Source of the DNA: a virus
Taxonomy: Duplodnaviria; Caudoviricetes
Direction: 5' to 3' (one strand)
DNA length: 33,779 nucleotides
IMG/VR virus record: IMGVR_UViG_3300032212_000105
Coordinates: 1-33,779 of that record
This document shows positions 8,268-18,390 of the stretch, piece after piece (the stretch's first letter is position 1; each line of letters begins with the position of its first letter). Position numbers and translations under genes: made by a program. The notes below the pieces were generated by a model that searched no databases, was not told the DNA's origin, and worked only from the letters and a program-made list of their open reading frames with translations.

Positions 8268-9277
8268 TATTTACCTCCGAGTCTATCAAGGACCTGCTTT
8301 CTTGTTAGGTTATTGGCTTTCATTGTCTCAGCTATATCAGCCTCTGTAACGCTCCCATATTCAGGATGAGTAATTACTACGGTCGAAACCTCTTCTTTCA
8401 TCTCAGGCGTTTCTTTTTTATAGACGCTTTCGTACAATCCACCAGACTCAAGACTCATATCTTCAGCCGCTTTTCTTCTTCTAGACCGCTTGGCTAAAAT
8501 CTGGTCCTTAGAATCGCCAACTACAGGAAAGAACTCCCTATATTTTCGCTCAAATTCGTCTTCACCTATTGCCGCGCCTGACTCTTTTCGAAGTTGAGCT
8601 GTAACAAAGTCACTGGCTGCAGTTGCATATCTCTGCTCTTCAGGGGATGCCAATCTATTAGCCGCCTCAGACATAACCCCGGTTCCGCCAGAAATAAAGG
8701 GTATTACTCGGCTTGTAGGGTCTATTTCCTGCTCAAGCGAATCTAACTGATTAGCAGAGTCAAACATTCTACGAGCGAATGCCGCTGTCTTTTTCTGCCC
8801 CTCGGACGCTGAAGCAAGCGGGCTAGATTTTGATTTTTTAGTCTCTATCTCTACGGCTAATTTATCAGCAGCTGATTTATCTTCTATAAGTTCACTCTCA
8901 AACTCACCTGTTTTTCTGTCAAATACTTTAAATCCAGTTTCAAAAGGCACCGCCTGATACCTAGTTCCTCCAACTGAATTAATTGAGCTTTTTGTTTTTT
9001 GCACATCAAAAAACTTTTGAACAATATCAGGGGACGAAGTAAAAGCCTGAGCCACAAGCGCCTCACTCTTTTGAGGGTCTTGCTCGGCAACAGCTTGTTT
9101 TAAAAAATTAGCCGCCTGAGCCTCTTTTGCAGATGCAGCTGTAACCGCCTCTCTATTCTGTCTAGCTTGATCAGCTTGACTATAAGCCTGATAGCCAGAG
9201 GTTAGAGCGCCTGCAAGCCTTTCAAATCCAGAGGGTTGTCTAAGTGCTGCAATTTGCTGAAGTGTTGGAAAAGCCAT
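8267..9277 (-). CDS. DNA ejection/internal virion protein
   Basis: Synteny; LRKESGAAIGEDEF motif seen in podovirus internal proteins. Confidence 0.6.
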   Translation of the reverse strand: MAFPTLQQIAALRQPSGFERLAGALTSGYQAYSQADQARQNREAVTAASAKEAQAANFLKQAVAEQDPQKSEALVAQAFTSSPDIVQKFFDVQKTKSSINSVGGTRYQAVPFETGFKVFDRKTGEFESELIEDKSAADKLAVEIETKKSKSSPLASASEGQKKTAAFARRMFDSANQLDSLEQEIDPTSRVIPFISGGTGVMSEAANRLASPEEQRYATAASDFVTAQLRKESGAAIGEDEFERKYREFFPVVGDSKDQILAKRSRRRKAAEDMSLESGGLYESVYKKETPEMKEEVSTVVITHPEYGSVTEADIAETMKANNLTRKQVLDRLGGK

Positions 9278-9278
9278 A

Positions 9279-9974
9279 TCAACCTCCTATGTAAGCGCCT
9301 GCTAACGGTGCAAATGGCGCTAGCTGGCCAAGCAGCCCACCCTGATTCATGCTTGCAGCACCTAATTGTAAATTAGCTACATTACTAAGGCCAGTATTAA
9401 CACCTTGATTTAATGCGCTCTGTGCTTGCAACTCAGGTCCAAAAGTCTGAAATCCTAAGTTTGTTCCTTGGGTTAGATTACTCAAGGCTTGATTGTAAGC
9501 ATTAGTACCATATTGACTTCCCATTTGCATGGTTTGCCTTGCTAATCTATCTTGAGTGCCGCTAGAGCCTAATGTTCCGGTTGCAGCCGCAGACTGAAGA
9601 AGCTGGCTGGTAGCCTGATCTTGAAGAGCCTGATACTCGTCACCAGCTAGATAATTTTGAATAAAACCAGTTCTAGCCTCTGGGGAAAGCATTTCTGTAA
9701 GCTGAGGCAAAAACTCCTGTCCAGCCTCTCTATAGGGCTGAAGCGCGGCTTGGGTATCTCCATATTGCTCCCTCAGGAACTCTATTTGCTCCATTTGAGC
9801 GGAAGCTTGATCGGCTATTTGCTGCTGCAACGCCTCAGCCTCTTCCTCTCCGGTTAGCTCACCCCATGCATTGGTTATAGGGTCTTTTTGTACTTCATAC
9901 AATCCACCCGTGGCAAGGTTGGTAAGCCCTGTCGATGTGGTCGGGTCTAAATCACTTAAACTTAAATCTCCCAT
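9279..9974 (-). CDS. DNA transfer protein, P22 gp7-like
   Basis: LQPYREAG and SAAATGTLGSSGTQDRLA resemble gp7; synteny. Confidence 0.7.
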   Translation of the reverse strand: MGDLSLSDLDPTTSTGLTNLATGGLYEVQKDPITNAWGELTGEEEAEALQQQIADQASAQMEQIEFLREQYGDTQAALQPYREAGQEFLPQLTEMLSPEARTGFIQNYLAGDEYQALQDQATSQLLQSAAATGTLGSSGTQDRLARQTMQMGSQYGTNAYNQALSNLTQGTNLGFQTFGPELQAQSALNQGVNTGLSNVANLQLGAASMNQGGLLGQLAPFAPLAGAYIGG

Positions 9975-10437
9975 AATCCCCTCGCAGTAATCCTATTGTT
10001 ATTAAATTATGTAAGTTTCCATCCTTCAAGAAAGACTCCCGCTTCTCTCCTTCAATAATGAATCCTAGCTTTTGTACAAATTTTATCACATCTGGGTAGA
10101 TAATAGGTATATTAGATTCTATTCGGTTTATTAGTGGGTCTTTAAATAGATTGTCTAGCACCTGATTAGAGAATATTCTTGCATACCCTCTATACTTTTT
10201 TTGTATGTTAATGTGTATTTCTATGGTCGTTTTTGTGACTTTTTTAAGCGATATAAAGCCAGCTGGATTACGCCCCTTAAAGCAGCCTATATAAACAAAG
10301 TCATTGGGCATTATTGTTAGGCTTACCCCATCCTGAAGTATTCTGCTTTTTAATTCGTCGTCCAGTAGCTGGAAAGCATTCTCGCCAGATATGGCCTTAA
10401 GGAAGCACTGCTGCCGGGTCGAATGAAGCTCCGTCAT
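9952..10437 (-). CDS. GNAT-fold protein at the P22 gp14 position
   Basis: IEIHINIQKKYRG and KLGFIIEGEKRESFLKDG acetyltransferase-like motifs. Confidence 0.7.
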   Translation of the reverse strand: MTELHSTRQQCFLKAISGENAFQLLDDELKSRILQDGVSLTIMPNDFVYIGCFKGRNPAGFISLKKVTKTTIEIHINIQKKYRGYARIFSNQVLDNLFKDPLINRIESNIPIIYPDVIKFVQKLGFIIEGEKRESFLKDGNLHNLITIGLLRGDYGRFKFK

Positions 10438-10732
10438 ACAATCTTCTCCATTTATCTACACCCCCAATAACAGTAGCCTCGTAAACCCCGGATGATAAAA
10501 ACAATAATCCTAGCTTATCCAAAGGCAGCGGGGGAAATACTTTACTACCTCCAACTTCAATAGAGTCGTTTTCATTTAAAACGCTGGGGATTTTATTTAG
10601 ATCATTCTGAATCGACTGCAGCCAATTGAAAAACCTAAATAAATCAATAGTGCTTGCTGAGGAATTGCTTATTATCTCAGCTACTTTGTTTAGCTCATCT
10701 GTGGTAAGGGAGTTCCTACCTATATTCTCCAT
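10397..10732 (-). CDS. Hypothetical virion-module protein
   Basis: Between gp10-like and gp14-like genes. Confidence 0.65.
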   Translation of the reverse strand: MENIGRNSLTTDELNKVAEIISNSSASTIDLFRFFNWLQSIQNDLNKIPSVLNENDSIEVGGSKVFPPLPLDKLGLLFLSSGVYEATVIGGVDKWRRLYDGASFDPAAVLP

Positions 10733-12255
10733 TAATAACTACCCTTAGTAATTCTAGATAATAGCTTAAGTATTCTTGTCGGATAAGGGTTTATAGTCCT
10801 TAGCATTACAGTGAAAGCCTGTGTAGCGTACCCTACACCAAGAAATCTAGTCTCTTGCTTGTAATTACCTGAGAGACCAATAGAGCTAGACCTCTCGGAA
10901 TCAAATGTATTACCAAAATCATAAGATACTGATAGATTTATTTTAGGCTTAGGCCAGTCACCCTCATTAGAATTAAAGTCGACTTCGCACATAGGCTGCA
11001 ATTCACTGATTAATAGTCGGTCATTGGCGTTATTGTATGGCGACGTAATCACAGTCCTCTCAACTAAATCCCCAAGTTCTCGACCTGTTGAGTCATCCTC
11101 TAGCCCTATATAAAATCTAGCTGTAGGGCTTAAATCTTCCACTTGATCCCCAACGAAAATAGTATTTCCGCCATCAGATACAGCCCCTATAAACTTCCAC
11201 CTGTTATCGCCATTGGTTATGCGCTCATGCCAAACACCTGTTGACGAGTCATATATGTATGTAAATGAAGCTCCCCTTACACAAAAGAAGTAACGACCCT
11301 TCTCACTAAAGGTAAATACTCTAAATGAGCTGTCATCCTGATCTAGTTGGTAATCTATGTCCGGAGTGCTAATCGCTTGAGCTGAACCTCCATTTAATAC
11401 ATAGACTCTATTCTTACCACTATCCTCTCTACCTACAAAGGCAACCGTTCCCTTGTATCTAGCTTTTGAGTTAGCGCTATTGAATACATTCTCATACAAC
11501 CCGTAATCAATAGTCCCTACTTGCCTATAAGGGATGTCAACTGATTCTGTTATCTGGTAAATATAGGTTTTAGTTTCTGCGAACACGTAGAGGCTATTAG
11601 ATACAACTTCCATCCCTTTAAGCTGTTCGTTGTTTGTATCAGGCCTAAAGAAATCCAATGCATTCGGATCAGTCCCGCCAAGTGAAGAGTAGTAGACAGC
11701 GTTCTCTGTGGAAACTTGATTATTAAACAAATATAAAAACCTACCTCCAAAATAGGCAACATCTATAAGGCCTGCATTAGATGTCCCCATTATAGTTTCG
11801 ATATCAATAGCGGTACTTGCTAGCGAGCTATCAATAACATAGGCCCTGTCCCTATTGTTGTTTGAATAGCTAGACCCCACTAGAACTATATCTGCTCCAT
11901 TTGTAGCGAACCGACCCTCAAATGCGGTGCCGGGGACCGTTCCTCCCCCTGTAGGTGTTGGAGCTAAAGTTAAAACCCCAGATACAGAAATGCCGTTATG
12001 TCGGACTATGTCATTACCCACGGAGAATAAAGCAAGACCATTATCATTAAAGACCTGACTGGATATAAGCCCAGAAAGATAGGTTGACCTATAAGAGTTG
12101 TTAGTATTGCTTTGGGTTATACCTGTGCTCGGCATTAGCGAGAATTGAGATAAGGCCCCAGAGTCAGAGCCTGTAGGAATAAAATTAATGCAGCGGCGGT
12201 CGCTATTTTTTTGACTCTCGCCACTATAGAAGCCGTTAAGTGGTAGTTCCTGCAT
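10732..12255 (-). CDS. Tail hub/DNA stabilisation protein, P22 gp10-like
   Basis: 507 aa beta-rich protein; DVAYFGGRFLY, TYIYDSSTGVWHER, LSVSYDFGNTF. Confidence 0.8.
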   Translation of the reverse strand: MQELPLNGFYSGESQKNSDRRCINFIPTGSDSGALSQFSLMPSTGITQSNTNNSYRSTYLSGLISSQVFNDNGLALFSVGNDIVRHNGISVSGVLTLAPTPTGGGTVPGTAFEGRFATNGADIVLVGSSYSNNNRDRAYVIDSSLASTAIDIETIMGTSNAGLIDVAYFGGRFLYLFNNQVSTENAVYYSSLGGTDPNALDFFRPDTNNEQLKGMEVVSNSLYVFAETKTYIYQITESVDIPYRQVGTIDYGLYENVFNSANSKARYKGTVAFVGREDSGKNRVYVLNGGSAQAISTPDIDYQLDQDDSSFRVFTFSEKGRYFFCVRGASFTYIYDSSTGVWHERITNGDNRWKFIGAVSDGGNTIFVGDQVEDLSPTARFYIGLEDDSTGRELGDLVERTVITSPYNNANDRLLISELQPMCEVDFNSNEGDWPKPKINLSVSYDFGNTFDSERSSSIGLSGNYKQETRFLGVGYATQAFTVMLRTINPYPTRILKLLSRITKGSY

Positions 12256-12344
12256 TATAAATCCCGGTTAGTGCATTACTTATATCTAAATGATAACAGA
12301 TTAAATTATGCAATAGAAATAAGTACACACTTTGGCCAGTATAA

Positions 12345-12962
12345 TCAGATTCTCGTATCCAATATAGCATCCAGCTCTAACTGAGTAGTGGCGGCGTCTA
12401 TCTCTGCCTCTAGTAGCAACTGGCTTTTACTCAGGTCTGTATTAGGCGATACAGAAGTATATATGTATTCCATGCGGTGCCTTACGTCATCATCTAAAGC
12501 AGAAGCCTCTAGTGCGTTCATCATTGGCACACCTCCATTAGTGATAGTAGGTATGATCTGAGGCGCTTCTCCCGGATTCTCCGTTAACGAATCAGCCACT
12601 GTATGATAAAAGCTAAGCTCTTCTTTTGAGTTTTCAACAGGGAATACACCAAATATGCCAGTCGCCGTAGTATGCCCCAGACCCTGCTTAATAAGGTCAT
12701 TGCTTTTATCGGACACTTCATTCTTTCTAGCTTGCTTATTAGCTTGCAAGGTTCCGACAAGTGACTTGGCTACAGCTGTATCACACAAGGCCTGTAATGC
12801 ATCTGTGGTAATAGTAATTAATGTACTTCCTGTGGGTGAGTCTCCAATATACTCAGAAATACAGGTCATAATACTTACACCCATATCCACACCCTCACTC
12901 TCCAACGAACCATAAAGCGTTTCAGCGCTATAAATTTCTGCTGTATAGTTATTCTGCGCCAT
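12345..12962 (-). CDS. Hypothetical acidic protein, possible fibre partner or chaperone
   Basis: Coupled to 12962..14377; C-terminal EIDAATTQLELDAI resembles tail-assembly-associated domains. Confidence 0.6.
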   Translation of the reverse strand: MAQNNYTAEIYSAETLYGSLESEGVDMGVSIMTCISEYIGDSPTGSTLITITTDALQALCDTAVAKSLVGTLQANKQARKNEVSDKSNDLIKQGLGHTTATGIFGVFPVENSKEELSFYHTVADSLTENPGEAPQIIPTITNGGVPMMNALEASALDDDVRHRMEYIYTSVSPNTDLSKSQLLLEAEIDAATTQLELDAILDTRI

Positions 12963-14377
12963 TATCTTAGCTCCTCGATAAATATTCTTAAATTGCTTAT
13001 TTCAGCAAGCGCCCCGCCAAAACCATTACCGCGACCGAACCTTACCTCTAGATTGTGATTTCCTGTAGATAGGGAGTAGTCAATAGTTTTAGACTGATAA
13101 TAATTATTCCTAGTATCCTTTGGCTCTATATTTGATTCGTTATCAACAAGAATCCCATCAATAAATAATCCTAATATTGTACTTCTATTAGTAGCTGTGT
13201 TTGATGATTCAAAGCTTATGGTTATTTTTACATCCTCGAACGGGTAATTAATCACCTCAGAAATAAGCGTTTGTGGGTTAAAGAAGTAAGTCGCATTAGT
13301 TGAAGATGTCCCCAGCTGCTTAAACACAAAAGTCGGGTGACTATTATCTACATACTCTTGAGTAGCTATACTGGTTAAGGGGCCCTCTTGTATTAACTGG
13401 GTTAAGTAAGGAAAGAAATCCGAACCAGCCTGTATGCCCTGTAAATGCATAGCATCGGCTTTTATTTCTATATCTATTTGCTGGCCAGATTCCAATCTAA
13501 ATGGGACTGTCCCAATATTAAATACACCAGTAGTGCTAGGCTCCCTACTAATAAAATCAATAATATTATCACCCGCAATAAAGTCTAGCCCTCCCTCATT
13601 TGAGTCCCAAGCCGCTCTATCTGGAATGTATCTTATTACTGTTCCGCTTGCTGTGTCGGTAACTCTAGAGGTCACATTTGGCATTGCCTGAGAAGCCCTA
13701 AACGTCACCTGATTTGTTTGCCTTATGTTAGGCGGTGTTACACCACCGACAATAGAGAATAGTAGTGGATTATCAATTGCTATATCCGAATCATTTGGGT
13801 TAAGAACATTAAAAAACTCAGTGCCGAGATTTACATAGTCAGGAATCATCGAGCCTGTTTCGTCAAAATCTGCTGTTAATGCAAAGCCTCGCTTATCTGT
13901 AATGTTTCCAAGTACAAGTAAATCCTCGCCACCTTCTGATAAGGTAGCAGCCGCACCCACATTGATAGAACCAGCCGGAACGTTGATTGACTTGTCAAAT
14001 GTCCACTCTGAAGAAACATTATCAACCGTAGCGCCTGAGTAGACTAATTTGGTATTTGTCAGGTCTTTCATTGGTACTTGATATGGGGTCAAGTCATCTA
14101 TTACCGAAGAACCCCCGCTTTCAATACTTACAATTGATTCGCCATTAGATTGGATTTGACCTCTAAAAAAACCATCTGAGCAATTACATTCAATTATACC
14201 TCCGACCCATCCATCAGAGTTTGTCATAGGTCCGTCTATCTCAATGAAGCGAGACTGACCAAAGTAACCTGAAACCTGAACCTCTGAAATAGTGTCATTC
14301 GTCTCGTAGACGTATTTATTGAATATACCTCTAGCCTGTAGAACGCTACGGTCTAATTTAAACTGATTGAAAGCCAT
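12962..14377 (-). CDS. Putative virion appendage (head fibre/decoration-like)
   Basis: 471 aa beta-rich; N-terminal YVYETNDTISEVQVSGYF; lies in morphogenesis module. Confidence 0.5.
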   Translation of the reverse strand: MAFNQFKLDRSVLQARGIFNKYVYETNDTISEVQVSGYFGQSRFIEIDGPMTNSDGWVGGIIECNCSDGFFRGQIQSNGESIVSIESGGSSVIDDLTPYQVPMKDLTNTKLVYSGATVDNVSSEWTFDKSINVPAGSINVGAAATLSEGGEDLLVLGNITDKRGFALTADFDETGSMIPDYVNLGTEFFNVLNPNDSDIAIDNPLLFSIVGGVTPPNIRQTNQVTFRASQAMPNVTSRVTDTASGTVIRYIPDRAAWDSNEGGLDFIAGDNIIDFISREPSTTGVFNIGTVPFRLESGQQIDIEIKADAMHLQGIQAGSDFFPYLTQLIQEGPLTSIATQEYVDNSHPTFVFKQLGTSSTNATYFFNPQTLISEVINYPFEDVKITISFESSNTATNRSTILGLFIDGILVDNESNIEPKDTRNNYYQSKTIDYSLSTGNHNLEVRFGRGNGFGGALAEISNLRIFIEELR

Positions 14378-14514
14378 CCCTAAAGCACCTAGTTAACGTG
14401 AAGGAATGTAAAGGAACCCCCGAAGGGGCATTATGTGAAGGTGTGAAGGATTGGCCGCGACCAAAAGTCCAGACCCTTCACAATCTGAACACATTTATTT
14501 TAAATCACTTTTGA

Positions 14515-15297
14515 CTATGATGATACAGAGTCTTGCAAATCCCTAGAGTTTTGTGGGCTATTGGGGAAAGCTTCGTACTGAGCCTCATCTTGAATAGTCA
14601 ATGTCCAAGGGTCGCCAGTGTATCCTGATATAGTGAACCTATACTGAAAGATGTCAGAGAATATTTCCTGTTTAGTTAATGCGACTAAATCAACTGTTGC
14701 GTGTTCCTCCCAGTCTATAAAATCATTGCGCCTATACTCAATTTTTACCTGACCATCAGACACGGCTCCATTGATTGAAAATGTAAGTCCATGCCTTCCG
14801 TCTTCGCGAACAATTGAATCTATAACGTAAGTTGTGTTAACGAGTTCAAGCGGATACTGATCCTGCCTTGTTCTTGTGTAATTCTTAGCTTGATTAGTAT
14901 AGTAGTGATCCCACTGGTAGCCACGCTTATTATTGCCAGACCCACGAGGGAATCGGTTAGGCCTATGCCAAGTAGGGTTTTGTATAGTTTCTCTAGCCAG
15001 TAATTGGGTGCCTGATCTAACCTGACCAGCTAACATAGGGTCGATTGGGATTCTTAAATTAGCCGCCAGCCTTTGAGCTAATAAAGCTATGATCGCAGAA
15101 TTAAACTTTCGGTCAAACCCCGCATCCTCAGAAAGGCTTGAGTTATTATTATAACCAACCTCGGTGCCTTGACCTCGAAGCTCGTACATTAAATCTTGCA
15201 TTTCTTCAAAGCCACTATTGATCAATCGGCCTTCAACGTTTCCACTGATTCCGATTTTCTCATACGCGCGCTCAACTATCTTATTGTTCGTCGCCAT
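14515..15297 (-). CDS. Head-tail adaptor, P22 gp4-like, with C-terminal extension
   Basis: IVERAYEKIGI, AIIALLAQRLA and RFPRGSGN motifs. Confidence 0.75.
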   Translation of the reverse strand: MATNNKIVERAYEKIGISGNVEGRLINSGFEEMQDLMYELRGQGTEVGYNNNSSLSEDAGFDRKFNSAIIALLAQRLAANLRIPIDPMLAGQVRSGTQLLARETIQNPTWHRPNRFPRGSGNNKRGYQWDHYYTNQAKNYTRTRQDQYPLELVNTTYVIDSIVREDGRHGLTFSINGAVSDGQVKIEYRRNDFIDWEEHATVDLVALTKQEIFSDIFQYRFTISGYTGDPWTLTIQDEAQYEAFPNSPQNSRDLQDSVSS

Positions 15298-15610
15298 CAG
15301 TTAAACCAAGCTCTTTTTTGAGGGTTTTGATTCTCTTTGTCTCCCAGCCTTCTATGCCGGAGTCGCGTGCAGCTGTACGCACCTCGTTAACGCTAAGCTT
15401 GCCGCTTTTATTCGTATCAACAGATTCTTCTGTAATCTCTTCAAATTCAGCATCAACCGCTTCAGGATTTTTGCTTCGCTCAAGTATAACCCAAGCACAG
15501 TCCCAGCCATTAGCTTTATATTCTTCAATGTCGCTATCAGCAACAGTAACAGAATCAAGCTTAATGCCTTGAAACTTAATATTCTTACCAAGTCTATATA
15601 AACGTTTCAT
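15281..15610 (-). CDS. Hypothetical protein downstream of coat gene
   Basis: IEEYKANGW and C-terminal small helical domain. Confidence 0.7.
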   Translation of the reverse strand: MKRLYRLGKNIKFQGIKLDSVTVADSDIEEYKANGWDCAWVILERSKNPEAVDAEFEEITEESVDTNKSGKLSVNEVRTAARDSGIEGWETKRIKTLKKELGLTDGDEQ

Positions 15611-15626
15611 ATCTTACCTGTGAAGG

Positions 15627-15650
15627 AATAAAGGGGGCCGAAGCCCCCTC
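15627..15650 (-). terminator. Terminator-like UUCG hairpin after coat gene
   Basis: GAGGGGGC-TTCG-GCCCCCTT-TATT. Confidence 0.65.
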
Positions 15651-15654
15651 TTTA

Positions 15655-16938
15655 TTAGCTAATGATAAAGTTACCGTTAGCAGATGGGTTTTTATTGGTT
15701 AAACCATACCAAGTAAACAAGCGACACTTAAGAGTGAAGTCGTTGATTGAGCCTTGGTAAGCCATGTAAACCTTAGTACCCGAAGCTAGCGTTTCGCTAA
15801 TTACTTCCATACCGTCCAACTGACCTAAGTACTCAAGAGGCGCATCACCGTTGATGATCTCGATAGAGTCTTGAACCCAGAACTGGTTAGCACGAGCTGA
15901 AGTAGTGTTAAGCGCCACAACCGGAGTTCCAGAAACAATCTGCGTAGCGATGTTTGCGTAAGCTTTTTCAGCAATGGTTAGAGCCGGATCACCAGCCGCA
16001 ATAGGCTTAGGATATAGCTGCACTTCATTGCCGCTAGGCTTGCCAACAACCTTAAAGGTCATTTCTACGCCAGTGTCGGTCTTATCGTGCTCGCCCAATG
16101 CATTGATACCAGTAAACGCGATAGAGTCACCAACATTTAGGTTTGCACCTGAAACTAAGGTAATTGTATCTGAGATACGGTAATCAACAGGAAGAACCAA
16201 ACCACCAGCTTCCGTACGGTTAGCCACAGGCTTCTGAGAAACATCAACTGAAACAGTAGAGCCAGCAAACGTACTAGCTGTAATGGCTGGTAAGTAGCTT
16301 GATTCGTATAGGTTAGCGCCTGCTGTGTTATATGCAATCATGCCGTTCTTATAAACAGTCTCAGGAAGGCCATTCATGTTAGAGCGGTTGGCAACATCAC
16401 TAGACACTTTTTGAGAGTCACGGTCATTCAGGAATACGTTCAGACCTGAAGCCATGGTTTGTTGACGTTCTGACAAGATGGTTGATGCTAACTTAACAGC
16501 GTCATACCCGGTCTTGTTTACAGTGCCGTCTACAGCTTGCTCGTAATAGATTGAGCCAGTGTCTTTAACTAACTCAGCAATACGGCTGTTTTGATCCGCT
16601 GTTAAACGGTAAGCCGCAGCTTCTGCCCAGCGCTCCATAAAAGAACGGTCACGGAAATCATCGGCACGCAGCTTTTTAAGGCTGTTGCGAGGATCGCCAA
16701 GTTGTGACGGGTAAGATAATTCAATAATGTCGCCGAAATCACTATCAGTGAAATCCCAACCTTCTTGAATGCCAGCTTCTTGCTCGATTTGCTTCCAAAC
16801 CACGTTAGAAGCGTTTTGCAGCTCAACGCCTGATACATTAAAAGTATCACACAATACTGCCATTTGTTGTTGGTGCTCCAAGCGGTCTAACACCATGTTA
16901 AACATTACTCGGACTTGTTTTGCTGTATCTAAAGCCAT
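15655..16938 (-). CDS. Major capsid protein, P22 gp5-like
   Basis: 427 aa; VWKQIEQEAGIQEGWD, LRADDFRD, VGDSIAFTGI, CRLFTWYG; follows scaffold. Confidence 0.9.
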   Translation of the reverse strand: MALDTAKQVRVMFNMVLDRLEHQQQMAVLCDTFNVSGVELQNASNVVWKQIEQEAGIQEGWDFTDSDFGDIIELSYPSQLGDPRNSLKKLRADDFRDRSFMERWAEAAAYRLTADQNSRIAELVKDTGSIYYEQAVDGTVNKTGYDAVKLASTILSERQQTMASGLNVFLNDRDSQKVSSDVANRSNMNGLPETVYKNGMIAYNTAGANLYESSYLPAITASTFAGSTVSVDVSQKPVANRTEAGGLVLPVDYRISDTITLVSGANLNVGDSIAFTGINALGEHDKTDTGVEMTFKVVGKPSGNEVQLYPKPIAAGDPALTIAEKAYANIATQIVSGTPVVALNTTSARANQFWVQDSIEIINGDAPLEYLGQLDGMEVISETLASGTKVYMAYQGSINDFTLKCRLFTWYGLTNKNPSANGNFIIS

Positions 16939-16952
16939 TTTAGGCCTCCATG

Positions 16953-17951
16953 CTATTCTAGTTCATCGTATGAGATATTACGGCCTAGACGCTTTTCCAC
17001 TTCGCGCTTTGCTGCACGAAACTTAGAAGTGTCACCGCTACTTAGCAACTTATTAAGGTCGCTTTTCCAGCTTTCTGTGCCGCCAGCTGTTCCGCCTGTT
17101 AGGCCACTATCTGCCATAGGCTTGCTGACTGCATCTTTGCGGCGAATTTGAAGCTTCTGATACCCAAGTTTAAACAGTTCACGATTAGCCCCATTAGGGT
17201 TAGTTTTAGCCATTTGAAGAATTCTATGGGCTTCATGCTCATTGCGTCCTAAATAGTTCACAACAGCAACGGCCTGTTTAGTATCTTCCCCGAATACATC
17301 AGCAATAGCTGGTATTACATCAGAAGAACCTGTTAATTCTACTAGCTTACTTTCCGCATCATCAAAGCCTGAGATATTCATATCATCAGCTACGCGGTTA
17401 AAGTCATTTAAAACCTTAATATTACGCTGCTGCTGCTCAATGTACTGGTTCCGCTTTTGAGTTGTTTGAACTTGTGATGTTTGATTAGCGTTTTGAGCCT
17501 CTAATAACCAACGGTTTCCCGCCGCATTATAGGCTGCTAAAGCTTTCTCTCGATCATAGTCGTATTTACTCAAAGCATCATCAGACAAAAAGTCATTAAT
17601 ATCCGGCTGCTCTGGCGCCTTCGCTGCTACAGTTAGTTGCTCTTGCAGTGATTCAGGTACATAGCCCTGTTGCACGGCTTCAAGCTGTTTCTGTAGCTCT
17701 TCTGCTTTCTTCTTGGCTTCTCGCTTCTCAATGCGCATTTTTGCAAACGCTGCATTTGTTTGCTTATCGCCATCTCTGGACGGTTCAGGCTCTCGCTCGA
17801 CAATCTCGTACTCTTCCGCCTCTTGCGTGGATTCAACTGGCTCACCCGCCACAGGCTCCTCAATCGTATCTGGCTGATCTGTATTGGCTTCCAAATCAAC
17901 TGCTTCAGCTTCTGCTGCACCGTTATCTTGCGTCACGTCATTATCACTCAT
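16953..17951 (-). CDS. Capsid scaffolding protein
   Basis: Acidic N-terminus, NAAFAKMRIEKREAK coiled coil, between portal and coat. Confidence 0.85.
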   Translation of the reverse strand: MSDNDVTQDNGAAEAEAVDLEANTDQPDTIEEPVAGEPVESTQEAEEYEIVEREPEPSRDGDKQTNAAFAKMRIEKREAKKKAEELQKQLEAVQQGYVPESLQEQLTVAAKAPEQPDINDFLSDDALSKYDYDREKALAAYNAAGNRWLLEAQNANQTSQVQTTQKRNQYIEQQQRNIKVLNDFNRVADDMNISGFDDAESKLVELTGSSDVIPAIADVFGEDTKQAVAVVNYLGRNEHEAHRILQMAKTNPNGANRELFKLGYQKLQIRRKDAVSKPMADSGLTGGTAGGTESWKSDLNKLLSSGDTSKFRAAKREVEKRLGRNISYDELE

Positions 17952-18013
17952 GCGACTAATAGTCTCCTAGCATGGTTAGGGAAATTGTTCTCACTCTTAT
18001 GAGTGGTATGGGT

Positions 18014-18042
18014 ATTCTAACTTAGTAATGATATGTGAGCAA
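18014..18042 (-). promoter_or_regulatory. Sigma70-like promoter upstream of scaffold/coat
   Basis: TTGCTC-17 nt-TAGAAT. Confidence 0.6.
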
Positions 18043-18081
18043 ATATGTCTATTTTGGCGGACGCTTTAGTGGCCTACAGGC

Positions 18082-18107
18082 AATAAAAAGCCCCGGCTAA
18101 GGGGCTT
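18082..18107 (-). terminator. Intrinsic terminator after portal operon
   Basis: AAGCCCC-TTAGCC-GGGGCTT-TTTATT. Confidence 0.75.
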
Positions 18108-18111
18108 GTAA

Positions 18112-18390
18112 TTACTGATAAAGCTTCCTGTCAATATTTTCTTTAGAGCTTTCTAGGTATTCAAATATTGTTAAGCCGTACTCCTCTAATACGCTTTCAT
18201 TGGTAATGGCATTCACAACCTTATCGCCAACCCTTTTAAATAACCTGAAATCGAACCCCTCCAAGCAATTACGAACACGGCAAGTGAGATAGAATTGGCC
18301 TTCCTTGGCGTCCTCTTTCTTCATGCCTTCCATCTGCTCAGCCTCAAGGAACTCAATACCCTCTAGATTCTTAAGCTCTTCAGTGATCAT
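18112..18390 (-). CDS. Hypothetical protein
   Basis: ATGA-coupled to portal. Confidence 0.7.
   Translation of the reverse strand: MITEELKNLEGIEFLEAEQMEGMKKEDAKEGQFYLTCRVRNCLEGFDFRLFKRVGDKVVNAITNESVLEEYGLTIFEYLESSKENIDRKLYQ

Noticed and set aside
7621-8349. 242 aa plus-strand ORF and other long antisense ORFs (5252, 5823, 7123, 17648, 24989, 29180 etc.)
   Set aside because: Shadows of well-supported minus-strand genes with Pro/Ser-biased composition and no motifs.
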